In this document: positions 12,413 through 24,140 of the stretch, piece by piece
Layout: every line of letters begins with the position of its first letter
Numbering within the stretch: the first letter of the stretch is position 1
NCBI RefSeq assembly: GCF_001194135.2
Contig: NC_068995.1
Location: 24,453,015-24,486,190, forward strand
From: Octopus bimaculoides
Lineage: Eukaryota
Length of the DNA: 33,176 nucleotides
Reading direction: 5' to 3'
The notes under the pieces: generated by a model
Told to the model about the DNA's origin: nothing
What the model saw: only the letters and a program-made list of their open reading frames with translations
Databases searched by the model: none
Program-made: the position numbers and the translations under genes

Positions 12413-13116
12413 ATGCATTGTCATGTATAGAATTACACCTAATATCATGAGAAACAGGAACAAAGAAAAAGAAACATTATAATGTCCATGGTTGTAGTTA
12501 GGTGGAGAGGGAGAAGAGACATCAGCCATCAATGCCACCAGTGCTCTTGTTACTGCTGGTGCTGCTGTTGTCATCTGTTGTAGCTACAATTGCTGCTGTG
12601 GCTGACATTTAAGAAAAGCTCTGGAATGGAGAGATGAAAAGAAGCAGGTTATTAAAATGAATGACACATAAAACAGCAAAAAAAAAATGTCTTAAACTTA
12701 ATCCCTATTATTTGCATTGCTTTCAGTGGAAGAAACTTGTTGGGTGAATTCCAAGAGGCTATGGGCTTAGATCTTTCAAAGGCTACCTTTCTGTTTATCA
12801 TCCAAGAAGAAAAAAATAAAATAGTTGTTGAATGATGTGAGACAAGAACAGAAGATGAGAGGGAAGAGGGAGAGAGAGAGATCATCTAGAAGTGATTGGG
12901 GGTTTATGAAAAAGAAAAAGCCTGGAACTAAGAAAAAGATTTAAAGTAGAGACTAGTGAATGGAATAAAGACTGCGTGTGTTGTTTTGGAAAAGAAATGA
13001 CTCAAACAGTTTGGTCATGGCGTTAGAATAAGATTACAATAGGAGCAGAATGAACAAAATACAAAAACGATAGTAAATGAAGTCTAAAATAAAGGATATT
13101 GTAATAATACTAGTAC

Positions 13117-13275
13117 GGAGGCATAGCTGTATGGTTAGAAGTTGGGTTCCCAACCACATGGTTCTGAGTTCAGTCTCACTGCATGGTACCTTGGGCAAGT
13201 GTCTTCTACTACACCCCAGGCCAACCAAAGCCTTGAGAGTGGGTTTGGTAGACAGAAACTAAAAAGCCCATCATC

Positions 13276-13316
<41 letters not shown>

Positions 13317-13510
13317 ATGAATATATATACAAATTTTGAGTTTGTGTCACCTTGTCTGGACATTGCATGACAGTTGTAAAATGAATGTCACTGTCATATA
13401 AGCCAAGTAGTGTCATTCCTTTCCAATATTCTACGAAAACATGTCTGGCGATGGGAAAATGTTACTTGCTCGGAAACAGGTGAGGGTTGGCAACTGCCTC
13501 AATAAACTCC
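13117..13510 (+). mobile_element. Composite family B SINE (head, (TA)n, long tail variant)
   Basis: tRNA-like head gctgtatggttagaag...ctgagttcagtctc and cttgggcaagtgtc, then a tail also present inverted at 19905-20050. Confidence 0.8.
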
Positions 13511-14114
13511 ATGGAAAAGTGGATGTTAAAAAGACAGTAATATACAAAAACTAACTGAATAGAGGTGCAATGATGAACAATTAATTTTTATGTTATTAGC
13601 CAGGGGAGGATACATTGGAGAGATTTCTTATTACAATTTCAACAATTTTGGTCAGCATTATAAATTAGCATTCCTCACTCCATTTTCTACATTAACTTCC
13701 AAGTCACAGCATTGACTGGCATAAAGGCATAACTATCAACACATGCAACCAGAGAAGTCAGCTTCGTCCATGAGAATAGATATAGTAAGCAACGAAGAGA
13801 GCAGCAATACAAAATCAATGAGGAGACAGTTGTTACCATGTACCATGAGAAAACACCTCACAGCACAGTCTACATTGAGTCACAAATACAAGCCTATGTT
13901 GGTAATGGGTCACAAAATCTTTATTCTTCAACCAACAGATTGGTACACTCAATTTTCAAAATTCAAGTTAAAACAATGCAAATATTTTAAAAGCTGACCA
14001 TAATAGGTGATTGTTTAATTCAAAAACAGAATCAAATCAATGACAGAAAAATTTATACTACCAAAACCAGTATTTAAAAAAAAAAAGACAAACAAATAGA
14101 TGAAACTCACAGAA

Positions 14115-14210
14115 TTATGAAACTCCTACAAGAGCATCTTGAAGTTTCTTTCTAGCTTCCACTACTTTGTACTCTTGGCGTTTCACATCTGTATCAGAGA
14201 CCATCATGTA
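14115..14210 (-). CDS. MBD2/3: MBD2/3 last coding exon, C-terminal coiled coil
   Basis: Acceptor tttttctgtccag|TAC. Translates YMMVSDTDVKRQEYKVVEARKKLQDALVGVS*, matching MBD2 VTDEDIRKQEERVQQVRKKLEEAL, the p66/GATAD2-binding helix. TAA at 14117-14115. Confidence 0.95.
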   Translation of the reverse strand, partial: YMMVSDTDVKRQEYKVVEARKKLQDALVGVS

Positions 14211-15689
14211 CTGGACAGAAAAAAAGAAAAAGAAAGACTCTCAAAATTAAATAACTGAAATTTAAGAACAAACCAAAGTGATGTTTTAACTTGATGCAGG
14301 AAGTAATTCTTTGAAGAAAAGAAAACACATTGAGAAAACCATTTACTTTAGAGTAATCACCTGATCACCAGAAATTGTTTTTTTTTTTTTTTTTACTGGT
14401 TTTACCCATGTACAAAAATGAACATTGGTTTGTTCTTTTAAAGAATTTACAAGTTTTTCTTCACCAAGGATAGGTGTGACAATGATTAGTATGCATGGCG
14501 ATAATGATAATAACTGGTTATTAAATTTGCAGTCCATCGAAATACATAACTATTTAGGTCCTCAGGATTAGACATGGTCACATCTACCCATAAATGCTCA
14601 AGCCAATACCAACCATTTCATAGGCATGTTGCTAACTAAACTTAATATTTTCAATTTGCAGAGACTGTAGCAATAAAAGATAAAAAGTTTGGCTCCACTT
14701 TAATACTTTAGAGAAAGTAAAGATGAAAGAGACTACTTCAAATATATTGAAATCACCAATAAATGAAATGGAAACTAACAAGATAATTTACTTCATTTTC
14801 AAAAGTAGAGATGAAGTCTACCATCTCATGAGTTGGAATAAGTTCAAAAATATTAATGAAGTGATCTCATTAATTAAAAAATTTAGACAATACTTTATGA
14901 ACTAATAATTCATGAGCTGGTAAATAAATATACATTTGTGTCACTCAAAATATGTCACTTATTTCTATAACAGTTTACATCGGTGGAAAATAAGCACCAA
15001 GGTTGCTTAGGAAAAGCTATCAATTGTTTACTAGATGACTACATTCTAAAAAACAAAGTCTTCAGGAAAAGCACTTTAACTAGATTCAAGGACAGAAAGT
15101 TTATCTCAACCTATAACTGTTACAACAAATAAACAAAAAAAAAAACCAATTTCATGAGTGCCTGGCACTAAGTTGAATGATATATTATGATCTTCAAACA
15201 CAAAACCAATCCTTTATTTAATTAATTCCTGTGTTAAGTGAGAACCATATGCTCTACTGTTTAACCCCAGGGTCAAACTGAACAGTGCAGCCACAAGGTT
15301 ACCAGTCTAATCTAGTATACCCAATAGCTTATAATGTTATGGTCAAATCTTACCAGGACTAACCCTAATTCATACACAGACCACATTAGGTAAAACAACA
15401 GGATAAAGACATTTTCAAGTACAGAGCTTACTGTTCAGAAGTTAAAATTCATTTAAAGTCAATTTAGTTTTTTCATTCCTCACAGACTGATAAAATAAGT
15501 ACCAGTAACAAGCAATCTTGGGTATTTTGACCAACATGTTTAAGTGGTTCAAAACTTACTCTAGATTTTATCTCTATTCACAGCTAAGTGTTACACACAC
15601 ACATATGAACCGTGTACAGGACTAGAATCCCATCCAGAGTTGGTTTTGTGGGTTACCAGAAAGATACTTGTGTAGATCAGCAGTGGTTG

Positions 15690-15890
15690 AAGGTATATAC
15701 TGTATAATAGGTATGTTTGACTAGCTAGAAATAGCAGCCAATTTTCCCACAATCACAGTCGTCTTCAGAAGCGCTGGGTATACGGGACAATGTAGTCATG
15801 ATGTAAAAAACAACAGTATAGTTACAATTAGGTCACCTTTGGTCTTAGGCCTGCTTAATTAGGGGTAACCCAGGGCTAAACACAACAACA
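15690..15890 (+). mobile_element. Degenerate interspersed repeat, probably a SINE
   Basis: The end ggtcttaggcctgcttaattaggggtaacccagggctaaacacaacaac resembles tcataggtctgcttaat...gacctggggctaaacagcaataac at about 25985-26125. Confidence 0.45.
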
Positions 15891-17865
15891 AACAATGAAA
15901 AATGTTGCTGGGTTTCTGGAATCACTCAGGAACGGAACAAGATCAATTGATTTTTAGATGCGAAATAAATTCATAAAAAAAGAAGAGAAAATTAAAATAG
16001 ATTAAAAAAGTGGGAAGGAAATTGACAATTTAAAAAAAAGATAACTAACCAGGGCTGTTGCTGCTTAAATTTGCTGATCCATTGAAAACTTGTGTTTCAA
16101 CATGATTTGGCTGTAAGTTGGAAAAATGAAGGAAATAACCTCCTAGTTTAGAGTAAACAAATGATGTCATTGCAACTTTGGATTCCACATGACCAGTGAA
16201 TACTATTGCATGTCTCTATTTCAAGTACTAAGTGGTTACAGTTAAAACTTTTGGTCTTAGGAAGTAACAGCTTCAATAAAATTGTGAGAAGATATGTATA
16301 AATCATTGTTTTCATTCGAATTCAAAATGGGAATGTAACTTGAGATGTAGAAGTTTTAATAAAAGTGGGGAAAAGAGAAATTTAATCTGTAGCAAAAATA
16401 AAAGCACTGACTGAGTAGGTTCTCTTACAAACAAAACCAATAACACAGAGTTTTGTTTTCAGGATATGAACAAATCATTTCTTCACCAAATGAATGTTTG
16501 ACTGCAATGACACCTCCCCATATTACTTCTCTACAGAATACACAAGTGAAGTAATTATTCCCTACATAGACATGTACACTCAAAAGAACCAAGAACTACA
16601 TAGTATTTTTGAAGAAACAAAGAAAGGAACCGAAGAATACCTCTGAAGTTTTTCATTATCTATCCATCAATAAATCTAAAATGCTAAATTCCTTATCTTC
16701 ACATAATCTCTTATTTACATGTAATTTTGTTCAGTAACTATCATATTATGAGGGAAAACAAAAAGATATCTAATTATATACAATTTAATGCCCATTTATG
16801 AATGTTTCTAGAAATATATAAGATATTTCAATTCCCAATTCTTCAATAGCAGATATTGTTTAATTTTCGCTAATAACAGTCTAAAAATCATATCTCAATG
16901 ATTTCTGTTTCAGCTGAGAATAACAATTATCAGTAAAACTTTGGTTTTTATATTACATGAAAAGTTTAGGAACATAAGAGAAAGTAAACTTAATGTAAGC
17001 AGCATTTTTAGTAAATTTTTTAAGTTCTTGTTATAAAAAATTTGTTTGTTATTTATTAATATTTACCAAAATATATGATGCATAAGAAATAAATCCTAAA
17101 CAAAACTCCTCTAATATCGGCTGCATGCAGACACCACCAAATTTTGTTATAAACACATTTTCAGTAGCATGCAATTAGATACAAAAGGTTTGTGTTTAGA
17201 CAGAGCTGAAACTTTATTACAATCACTCAAGTGTTAGAAAAAAGTGTTCACAAATATCCACACCTTTTACAATAAAATTAGCATTATAAATGGATTTAAA
17301 ATGCCTACAACCAGGAATCTAGACAAGTCTGCAGACTTAACTCACAGAAAATATGTACCCACAGTACTTTCCAAGTGAAAGCAGTCACAATTTAAAATTT
17401 CAGCAAACTGGGTCCAGAAGTTTGTATTAACAGAATTGAATCTGTCAAAGATTTTAAATGAAAGTCTAGGTTATTTTGTATATATATCGATAAAAACTAT
17501 CACTAGAATTACATTCTAGTTTATTACTAGGAAGGATAGAGTTAGAATTTAATACTTTTTCTCCAACAACATTTACACTAGCAAATATTAAATGGTATTT
17601 CTAGCTGGAGAATCTGGAAACTTGACTACATTATAAACTGTGAAAACGTAAGATGGGGGCTTGCTTCTGATAGAATTCAATTCTACAGGAATTTATCAGT
17701 GAATAATTACAAACAATTGTAACTTGGAATGAGTAACAAACTTTGACAGTACTTTTATTATCATCCACTCAACTGTTACTATTCAATAAACTAGCTTCAT
17801 GTTCTATTTGTCCTCTATTATTCTCTTCGCACTGTCTCTCTCACATATATATATATATATATATA

Positions 17866-18115
17866 TATAATCATAAATATATAGGGATTGACAGTAACCT
17901 GCTTCTCCAACATACTGAGAATTCAGAAATAGCAGTCAAAGAACTACTGATTTCAAAACTACAAATTATTACTCCAGATTGATAGCGTGATTTCGCTATC
18001 AATCTGGAGTAATAATTTGTAGTTTTGAAATCAGTAGTTCTTTGACTGCTATTTCTGAATTCTCAGTATGTTGGAGAAGCAGGTTACTGTCAATCCCTAT
18101 ATATTTATGATTATA
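17866..18115. repeat. Perfect inverted repeat, two 122-bp arms with a 6-nt spacer
   Basis: 17866-17987 is the exact reverse complement of 17994-18115, checked block by block. The spacer is tgattt. Confidence 0.98.
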
Positions 18116-18217
18116 AATTATTATTTACCGAAAAAGGTTTTTTCATACTGAGCTACCCGGCAGAAATTGTTAATTATTAATTTTATTACTAATTGATGAT
18201 TCCCTGCCCTGCATATC

Positions 18218-18249
<32 letters not shown>

Positions 18250-18276
18250 TCTGAAGTATATATATATACATATATA

Positions 18277-18425
18277 CTCTGTGGTTGGTATTAGGAAGGG
18301 CATCCAACTGTAAAAACCCTGCCAAAACAGACACAGTAGCCTAGGGTAGTTTTCTACCTGGCCAGCTCCTGTCAACCATCCTACCCTTGCATGCAAAGAA
18401 GGCAGATGTTAAACGATGATGATGC
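18277..18425 (+). mobile_element. Family D SINE or RTE tail
   Basis: ggtattaggaagggcatcc...ccagctcctgtcaacc...gttaaacgatgatgatg. Confidence 0.75.
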
Positions 18426-18740
18426 TGACATAGATATATATATATATATATGCCTGCATGCACACACACACTTAGCTAGTCTCATATACAGTAATTCATA
18501 ATAAGATATCCTTGAAAGATAGGTCATACATACACATCTATAAGTCAAACTATATTGTAATGTATTATCATATATGAAGGTAGTAATTTATTATACAGAT
18601 AGAATTCAGTGTTATAAGGGAAGGAGAAATGGCAGTGTTTATGCCAGTTTCAAAGGTAGGCAAATTGAATATATCTTACCTCTATAGCATTATATGAAAG
18701 AAGTAATAAACAATGTATACAATTAAAATCGTTTGGTTAC

Positions 18741-18892
18741 CTGCATTTTAGGTTGGTTAGCATCCATGTTGACTCCAGGATTTTTCTGAATTGATTTACT
18801 AGAGTTCTGGCCAGTTACAGGGATGTTACTAACGTGTAAAGCTGCGGCAATGCTCTGCAGAATATTTTCAGTGGTCAAGTCAGGCCCAACAC
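18741..18892 (-). CDS. MBD2/3: MBD2/3 coding exon, GVGP...AAALH...KNP region
   Basis: Acceptor ctctctttgtag|GT, donor CAG|GTAACC. Translates (G)VGPDLTTENILQSIAAALHVSNIPVTGQNSSKSIQKNPGVNMDANQPKMQ, matching MBD2 GVGPGSNDETLLSAVASALH...KNP. 152 nt. Confidence 0.96.
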
Positions 18893-19854
18893 CTACAAAG
18901 AGAGCTAGAACATTTCAAATATGTCAATTCTTGTTAACTTGAAAGAATGTTTGTTTTATCATCATTAAAAGCAGACAGGTAGCTGCATATAGCTTTGGAA
19001 TAGAGAACTGAAACCCCCAATATGCATGTACATACACACTCACAGAGGAAATTATGGGAATAATGAAGAAAATCGCAAAATAGAAAGAAATTTCTAGAGC
19101 ATATTGCCAATGAATGCCCAAGACAAACAAAAGGTAAAAACAGATTGATTATGCCATTGACAACATTTATGACCAGAAAAACTGGATGACTGGAAAGATA
19201 AATGAAAATTATACAATATCACCAATATCACATAAACAGCAAAAAACAATGAAAAGATACACTATACATTATACAACGTAAAAAGTAAAAGATCTAAGTG
19301 AAGCAAAGACTAATTTGAAGGTAGAACAAACACTAAGGCTCTAACAAATATGACTAATTGAACATTTGTAATAACAAAAGTTATCATCATCATTTAATGG
19401 CCATGTTCCATGGACAGTCACACTTATCAAGACATAAATGAAAGAATTATAAGACAAATTATAGAAAGATAAAAATAGAAAATAATCACAAAGGTATTCT
19501 GGGTACATAACAAATAACTAGAAGCCCATCTCATCAGTAATAGGAACGAGTGAAGTCCACAAGTTCTTAAATCAGATCATGAATTCAATCTTACCATGTG
19601 TTAAATAACAAAGAATGCAGAAGTATTTGACAGAGAAACCTTTAACAATATTTTCAATTAATCACTTAACAACATGAGAATAGTTTACTGAAGAGAAAAG
19701 TAACTTAATAGCTAAGGGTCAGATTCTCAAATATCTTTCAAACCACAGATGTACAATTTATATTTCAGCTGCTTAAAAAAATATCACAAAAAAATCTGAA
19801 TAGAAAACTTAATCCATTGCCATGTTTAATACTACAATATGGCACATGGGTGAT

Positions 19855-19897
19855 TTAACCCTTTAGCATTTAAACTGGACATATCTGGCCAAAATAA
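19855..19897 (+). mobile_element. Left end of a piggyBac-type MITE
   Basis: TTAA followed by CCCTTTAGCATTTAAACTGG. A homologous, longer copy starts at 23276. Confidence 0.5.
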
Positions 19898-19904
19898 TCT
19901 GTTT

Positions 19905-20172
19905 TCTCACACATACCATCATCTGTTTCTAGGTAGTGTAATATTTTCCAATTGTCAAATATGTTTTCCATGGAAGACTGCAAACAAAGAACATCACTTG
20001 TATGGCAGTGAAGCTTACTTACAACCTTCACATGATGTAAAGATAAGGACACACAGACACACACAACAGGCTTCTTCCAGTTTCTGTCTACCAAATCAAT
20101 TCACAAGATACTTGCCAAATGTGTTGTGTAGTGGGACTGAACCCAAAACCACATGGTTGGGAAGTGAACTTT
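19905..20172 (-). mobile_element. Composite family B SINE with its head interrupted by piggyBac
   Basis: cagtttctgtctaccaaatc...gtgggactgaacccaaaaccacatggttgggaag plus the tail shared with 13330-13510. Confidence 0.75.
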
Positions 20173-20176
20173 CCAA

Positions 20177-21458
20177 CCCTTTTGATACTAACCCGGCGGA
20201 AAAATTTTTTGGTTCATAAGACCAACCCGGCCATAACCAGCCGAGATTGTTATTTAATGTGAATTTAAGCACAAATCTCGTTAGTACATTTGTGAAAATA
20301 CGTGATTTCACTTTGTAAATAGTTGAGTTATAGTATCCAACATTGCTTGATGTGATATCTGAACTCAGTGAATTTTGGGAGATTTTTCTCCACATTCTAT
20401 CAGCATCGATTTTTTTTTTTTAACTTTGAAAATGCATAGTAGTTTCATGCTATCAAGCAGTGATTCCGAATTTAAAGGTTTTTCAAAGGAAAATATGGAG
20501 ATATCAAGAAAAAGAATGAATGAAGTAAAAAAACACGTGGTGTACAAGAATGAATAGGATATTTCTGTATCCGAAACAGAAAGCAGCGATTCTGAAGAAA
20601 CTGAAAGTGGCGATAGTGACAGCAAAGACGATTTTACATCAGAATGAAGTAAAAATTTTTTAAATGTTTTTATTAGCAATTTTTCTGAGATGGGGTCTAT
20701 CCATAGTCTTTCTTAGGAAGCGAAACTGTTAGACTTTTATTTTTTTCAGTATGCTCGTTTGAAGCGATCACTGCGGAAAGAAATTGTTACGCAGAATGTA
20801 AACAAACAGTATATGCCAGGAAAGCCCACGAAATGGGGGATCAAATTTTGGAAAATTTGTGAAGCAAATACTGGGTACTGCTGTGGATTTAGTTTTTATA
20901 CAGGGAAAATAATGTTAGTCAGCATGGCCTAGGGTACGACACAGTCTGGAATTTATCACTTCCATACCATAACCAGGGCCATATAATATTTTTTGACCAA
21001 TCTTTTTAGTTCGATCAAACTTGCGGTGGATTTAGGTGGATTCCAGTATTTCAGTTTATTTCACCTTTATGGTACACCTGTTCTGTTGTGCATTAAATTC
21101 AACTGATAATCTAGTGATGTGCACAATTCTTCTATATCAAAATTTTGTTGCAAACCCAATTGAATATTAGCTGATGATTCATTTTCTATGGTGATGTTTA
21201 AACGAAATTTTTATATTTTTACCTTTTGCTCAGTTTACCTGCATTTACCTGTAATTAGAGTCACTTTGAGACAAAAGTTATGCAATAGAATTGATTAAAA
21301 ACCCTTTCTTTAATTATGTTCCAAATATCACATTAATATGTTGATAAGTAAAAAAGTTACAGTTGTTTAATGAAACTAGTCTAAATTCATGATTATTTTA
21401 GAATTTAATTGAAATTCATGAGGGGTGTATCTTGGTCAGAAATATAGTAAAGAAAGGG
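20177..21458 (+). mobile_element. Internally deleted piggyBac element
   Basis: Ends CCCTTTTGATACTA...TAGTAAAGAAAGGG|TTAA (TIR match 11/14). Acidic N-terminal remnant (SETESSDSEETESGDSDS) and DDE remnant KQYMPGKPTKWGIKFWKICEANTGYCCGFSFYTGK...GLGYDTVWNL at about 20745-21010. Confidence 0.88.
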
Positions 21459-21574
21459 TTAATCACAGTTATGAATGTGGGTACATGTGTGTGTATGTAT
21501 AAACAAAACTGAGTGGCCAATGGTATGAATACAGGCAATAAAGACGAATAAAGATTTATCAAATATCATGCAAA

Positions 21575-21712
21575 GTATAGCTGTGTGGTAAGAAGTTTGC
21601 TTTCAAATCACATAGTTCTCAGTTCAGTCTCACTGCATGGCACCTTGGGCTTCTACTATAGTCTTCTACTATAGCCTCAAGCCAACCAAAGCTTTGTGAG
21701 TGGATTCAAAAG
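21575..21712 (+). mobile_element. Family B SINE head and body
   Basis: gctgtgtggtaagaagtttgc...cagttcagtctcactgcatggcaccttggg...ccaaccaaagctttgtgagtggatt. Confidence 0.8.
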
Positions 21713-22287
21713 GAGAAATAATCCCAATAATCAAGAATTTTCCAAAACAGCATGCCATTGTAATTGCCACAAGGCATTTGTTTACATTTCTCTTAAAGGG
21801 AAAATAATTTCAAATAAATAAAAAAAGAAAATGCATCTTGTAAGGTATCTAATATACCTGTATTCATCTTTTGCTGTTCACAGCCATGCCATTGGCTACT
21901 CTGAAATATTTCTCATAGCAAATATATGCTTAAATTTTGCAAATTATTCCAAACAAAGCTTTCTACTCTTTTTTGTATATGTGCAAGTTTCACATGTGCT
22001 GGAGTCACAGTAGAACTACTGGTGTGCTGATAACACCTACTGAGACAGAAACATGTGTCCACTGCTGTCTTCTTGTTTCCAGGTAATCAAACTGTTTTTC
22101 TTTAATGACATATCACTTTCAGAGAATTTCTGTTTCTTGGAATTATCTCCCCTTTTCAATCAGAATTGGTGACAAATACCACAAGGTAGTTGCTTACTTA
22201 CCTCTTGAAAGGAAGATAATTTCAATAAACCAAGGATTTATCTTATCTGATATTTAATATACTTGAATGTGCATTTATTCCTCTTTG

Positions 22288-22397
22288 TTATTATTATTAT
22301 CATTATTATTATCCTTATTATTATTATCATTATTATTTTGATTATTATTATCCTTATTATCATTATTATTATTATTATTATTATCCTTATTATTTTG

Positions 22398-22432
<35 letters not shown>

Positions 22433-22461
22433 CATTATTATTATTATTACTATTATCATTA
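22288..22461. repeat. Interrupted (ATT)n trinucleotide microsatellite
   Basis: Seen directly; explains the poly-Ile ORFs. Confidence 0.97.
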
Positions 22462-22474
22462 TATACTGAAGTGC

Positions 22475-22755
22475 TTTCATATCAACCCCAACACCTGAGA
22501 AATGCAAGCACAAGACCACCCAGCCTAGTGCGGCAGTACTAACAGAGGTGAAACATCCTACAAACAGAACATGACCACAGGGGCAAAAAGAAAACATGAG
22601 CTACACAAGTCCAAAGCCAACTCCTTGCTTTCGTTCCCTGCAGACCACCAGTGCCCAACCTGCAGCAGAACCTTCTAAGCACGCATTGGACTGATTGGCC
22701 ACAGCCAGACACTTCTCCCATGTTATGTCCTGGTCATCATCAACAACAATAGACA
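22475..22755 (+). mobile_element. 3' end of an RTE-clade LINE
   Basis: Translates ...HQCPTCSRTF*ARIGLIGHSQT, the RTE ORF2 C-terminal C-x2-C...H motif, then a short 3'UTR tggtcatcatcaacaacaatagac. Confidence 0.75.
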
Positions 22756-23275
22756 AAAATTGTTTTATATAAATATATATATATCTATATACATGCATAC
22801 ATACATACACACACACACAAACACACTGTTATACATGAACATGTGTACAACGTGAACATAAAGAATGAAAATATCTTTGTATTTACTCCTCATGCGCACA
22901 CACATCAAAAGTAAAACATTTTCATATGCTGGCTGTTATTAAATATTTGAAAAGACAAAACTAACAAAAGTGGAAATATTGAGTGATATCAGTGAGTCTC
23001 TTTGTTGTCTCAATTTGGTGCTTGTAATGTCCAATAACATTTACATTTATTATCTTAGTTAATTCTGAAAACATTCAATTATTGAAAATATCATTATGAG
23101 AATAAATAAGTTATTTTATATCTCAATTAATAATGGGTAACATTTGGAGCATTTTATGAAAATTAAATCACATGAAGTGAAATGCAAAAGAGACACAAGA
23201 GATAGAGCTGTATTCATCTCTGTTTTTAAACATGCTATCTCAACAAATGATATATGGCTACGTATAAATAACTAT

Positions 23276-23480
23276 TGAACCCTTTAGTGTTTAAACTGGC
23301 TACATCCAGCCCAAATATTCTACCTGTATTATGTTCAAATCAGTCAGATTTGGCCTCTCACACCAATCCTACAATGTCATTCTAAAAATAAACATATCAT
23401 TGAGATCTCAAAACTATAATACAATGCATGATTAATTGAAAACAATGTGGATAAATAATATTACTTTTGACAGAGTAATG
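23276..23480 (+). mobile_element. Truncated piggyBac-type MITE
   Basis: tgaa followed by ccctttagtgtttaaactggctacatccagcccaaat, homologous to the 19855 copy. No right TIR found. Confidence 0.5.
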
Positions 23481-23705
23481 GATTTACAAGAAAGTCAATA
23501 ACATCAGCAACAATGGTTGCTATTGGAGGACATTAGGAAACAGAAGTAAATCAATGTCTACAAATTTTTGTTGACCATTTTGAATTCTAAAATTTTTGAC
23601 ACTAAAATTTCAGAAGTTCAAAGCAAGAGGTTTACAGGGTTAAAGTAACAAGGCATAGGCAAGGTATAAGAATGATTAAAGAAACAATCTGACAGAAACA
23701 TTTAC

Positions 23706-23796
23706 CTTGCATGTTAAGAGGAAGTTCCAAAGCAACAAATGGATCATCATTAACATCACGAGGCTGGACACCACGCAATCGTTTTTCCCAAAACAG
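23706..23796 (-). CDS. MBD2/3: MBD2/3 coding exon, LFWEKRL region
   Basis: Acceptor tattttctttacag|CTG, donor CAAG|GTAAAT. Translates LFWEKRLRGVQPRDVNDDPFVALELPLNMQ(G). 91 nt. Confidence 0.96.
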
Positions 23797-24140
23797 CTGT
23801 AAAGAAAATATTTTACAAATCAGATGAGATAACTTCTGATGAAAGAAATTTAGATTTACAAATGAAATAGGTCACATCAAATTTTATCTTCTCTGTCGTT
23901 TTGAGATTGTTCAAGTTTAATGGTTCACAGACCAACCCATTCTGCAAAAGCAACAAAAGGTGTGCATTTACAACTCTAAATTTAGCACAACCATGGGAGG
24001 AGTGACACAGAATTAAGACACTCAGAGGTATACTTCATTGATCTCAGGATATTGGATGGTAAACCTAACTAATCAATGCTAACAAAAAAAAAAAAAAAAA
24101 TGATTATAGGGATAAGAATGATAACATTAAGCTTCACCCA

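Larger units (their letters stand above)
8820..12620 (-). other. MBD2/3: Putative non-coding last exon (3'UTR) of MBD2/3; its 3' end is uncertain
   Basis: Strong acceptor cttcttttcatctctccattccag| at 12621 pairs with the GTGAGT donor at 14110. All three frames close soon after it. Minus-strand AATAAA at 8882-8877 and 8826-8821, with others near 10090 and 10235. Confidence 0.45.

Noticed and set aside
12129-12574. ORF containing ALVALMADV, resembling the MBD2 tail EALMADI
   Set aside because: No in-frame splice path from the coding exons, the stop lies upstream, and the ORF runs into TA repeats. Treated as chance in UTR sequence.
22238-22597. Poly-Ile hydrophobic ORFs
   Set aside because: Translations of an (ATT)n microsatellite.
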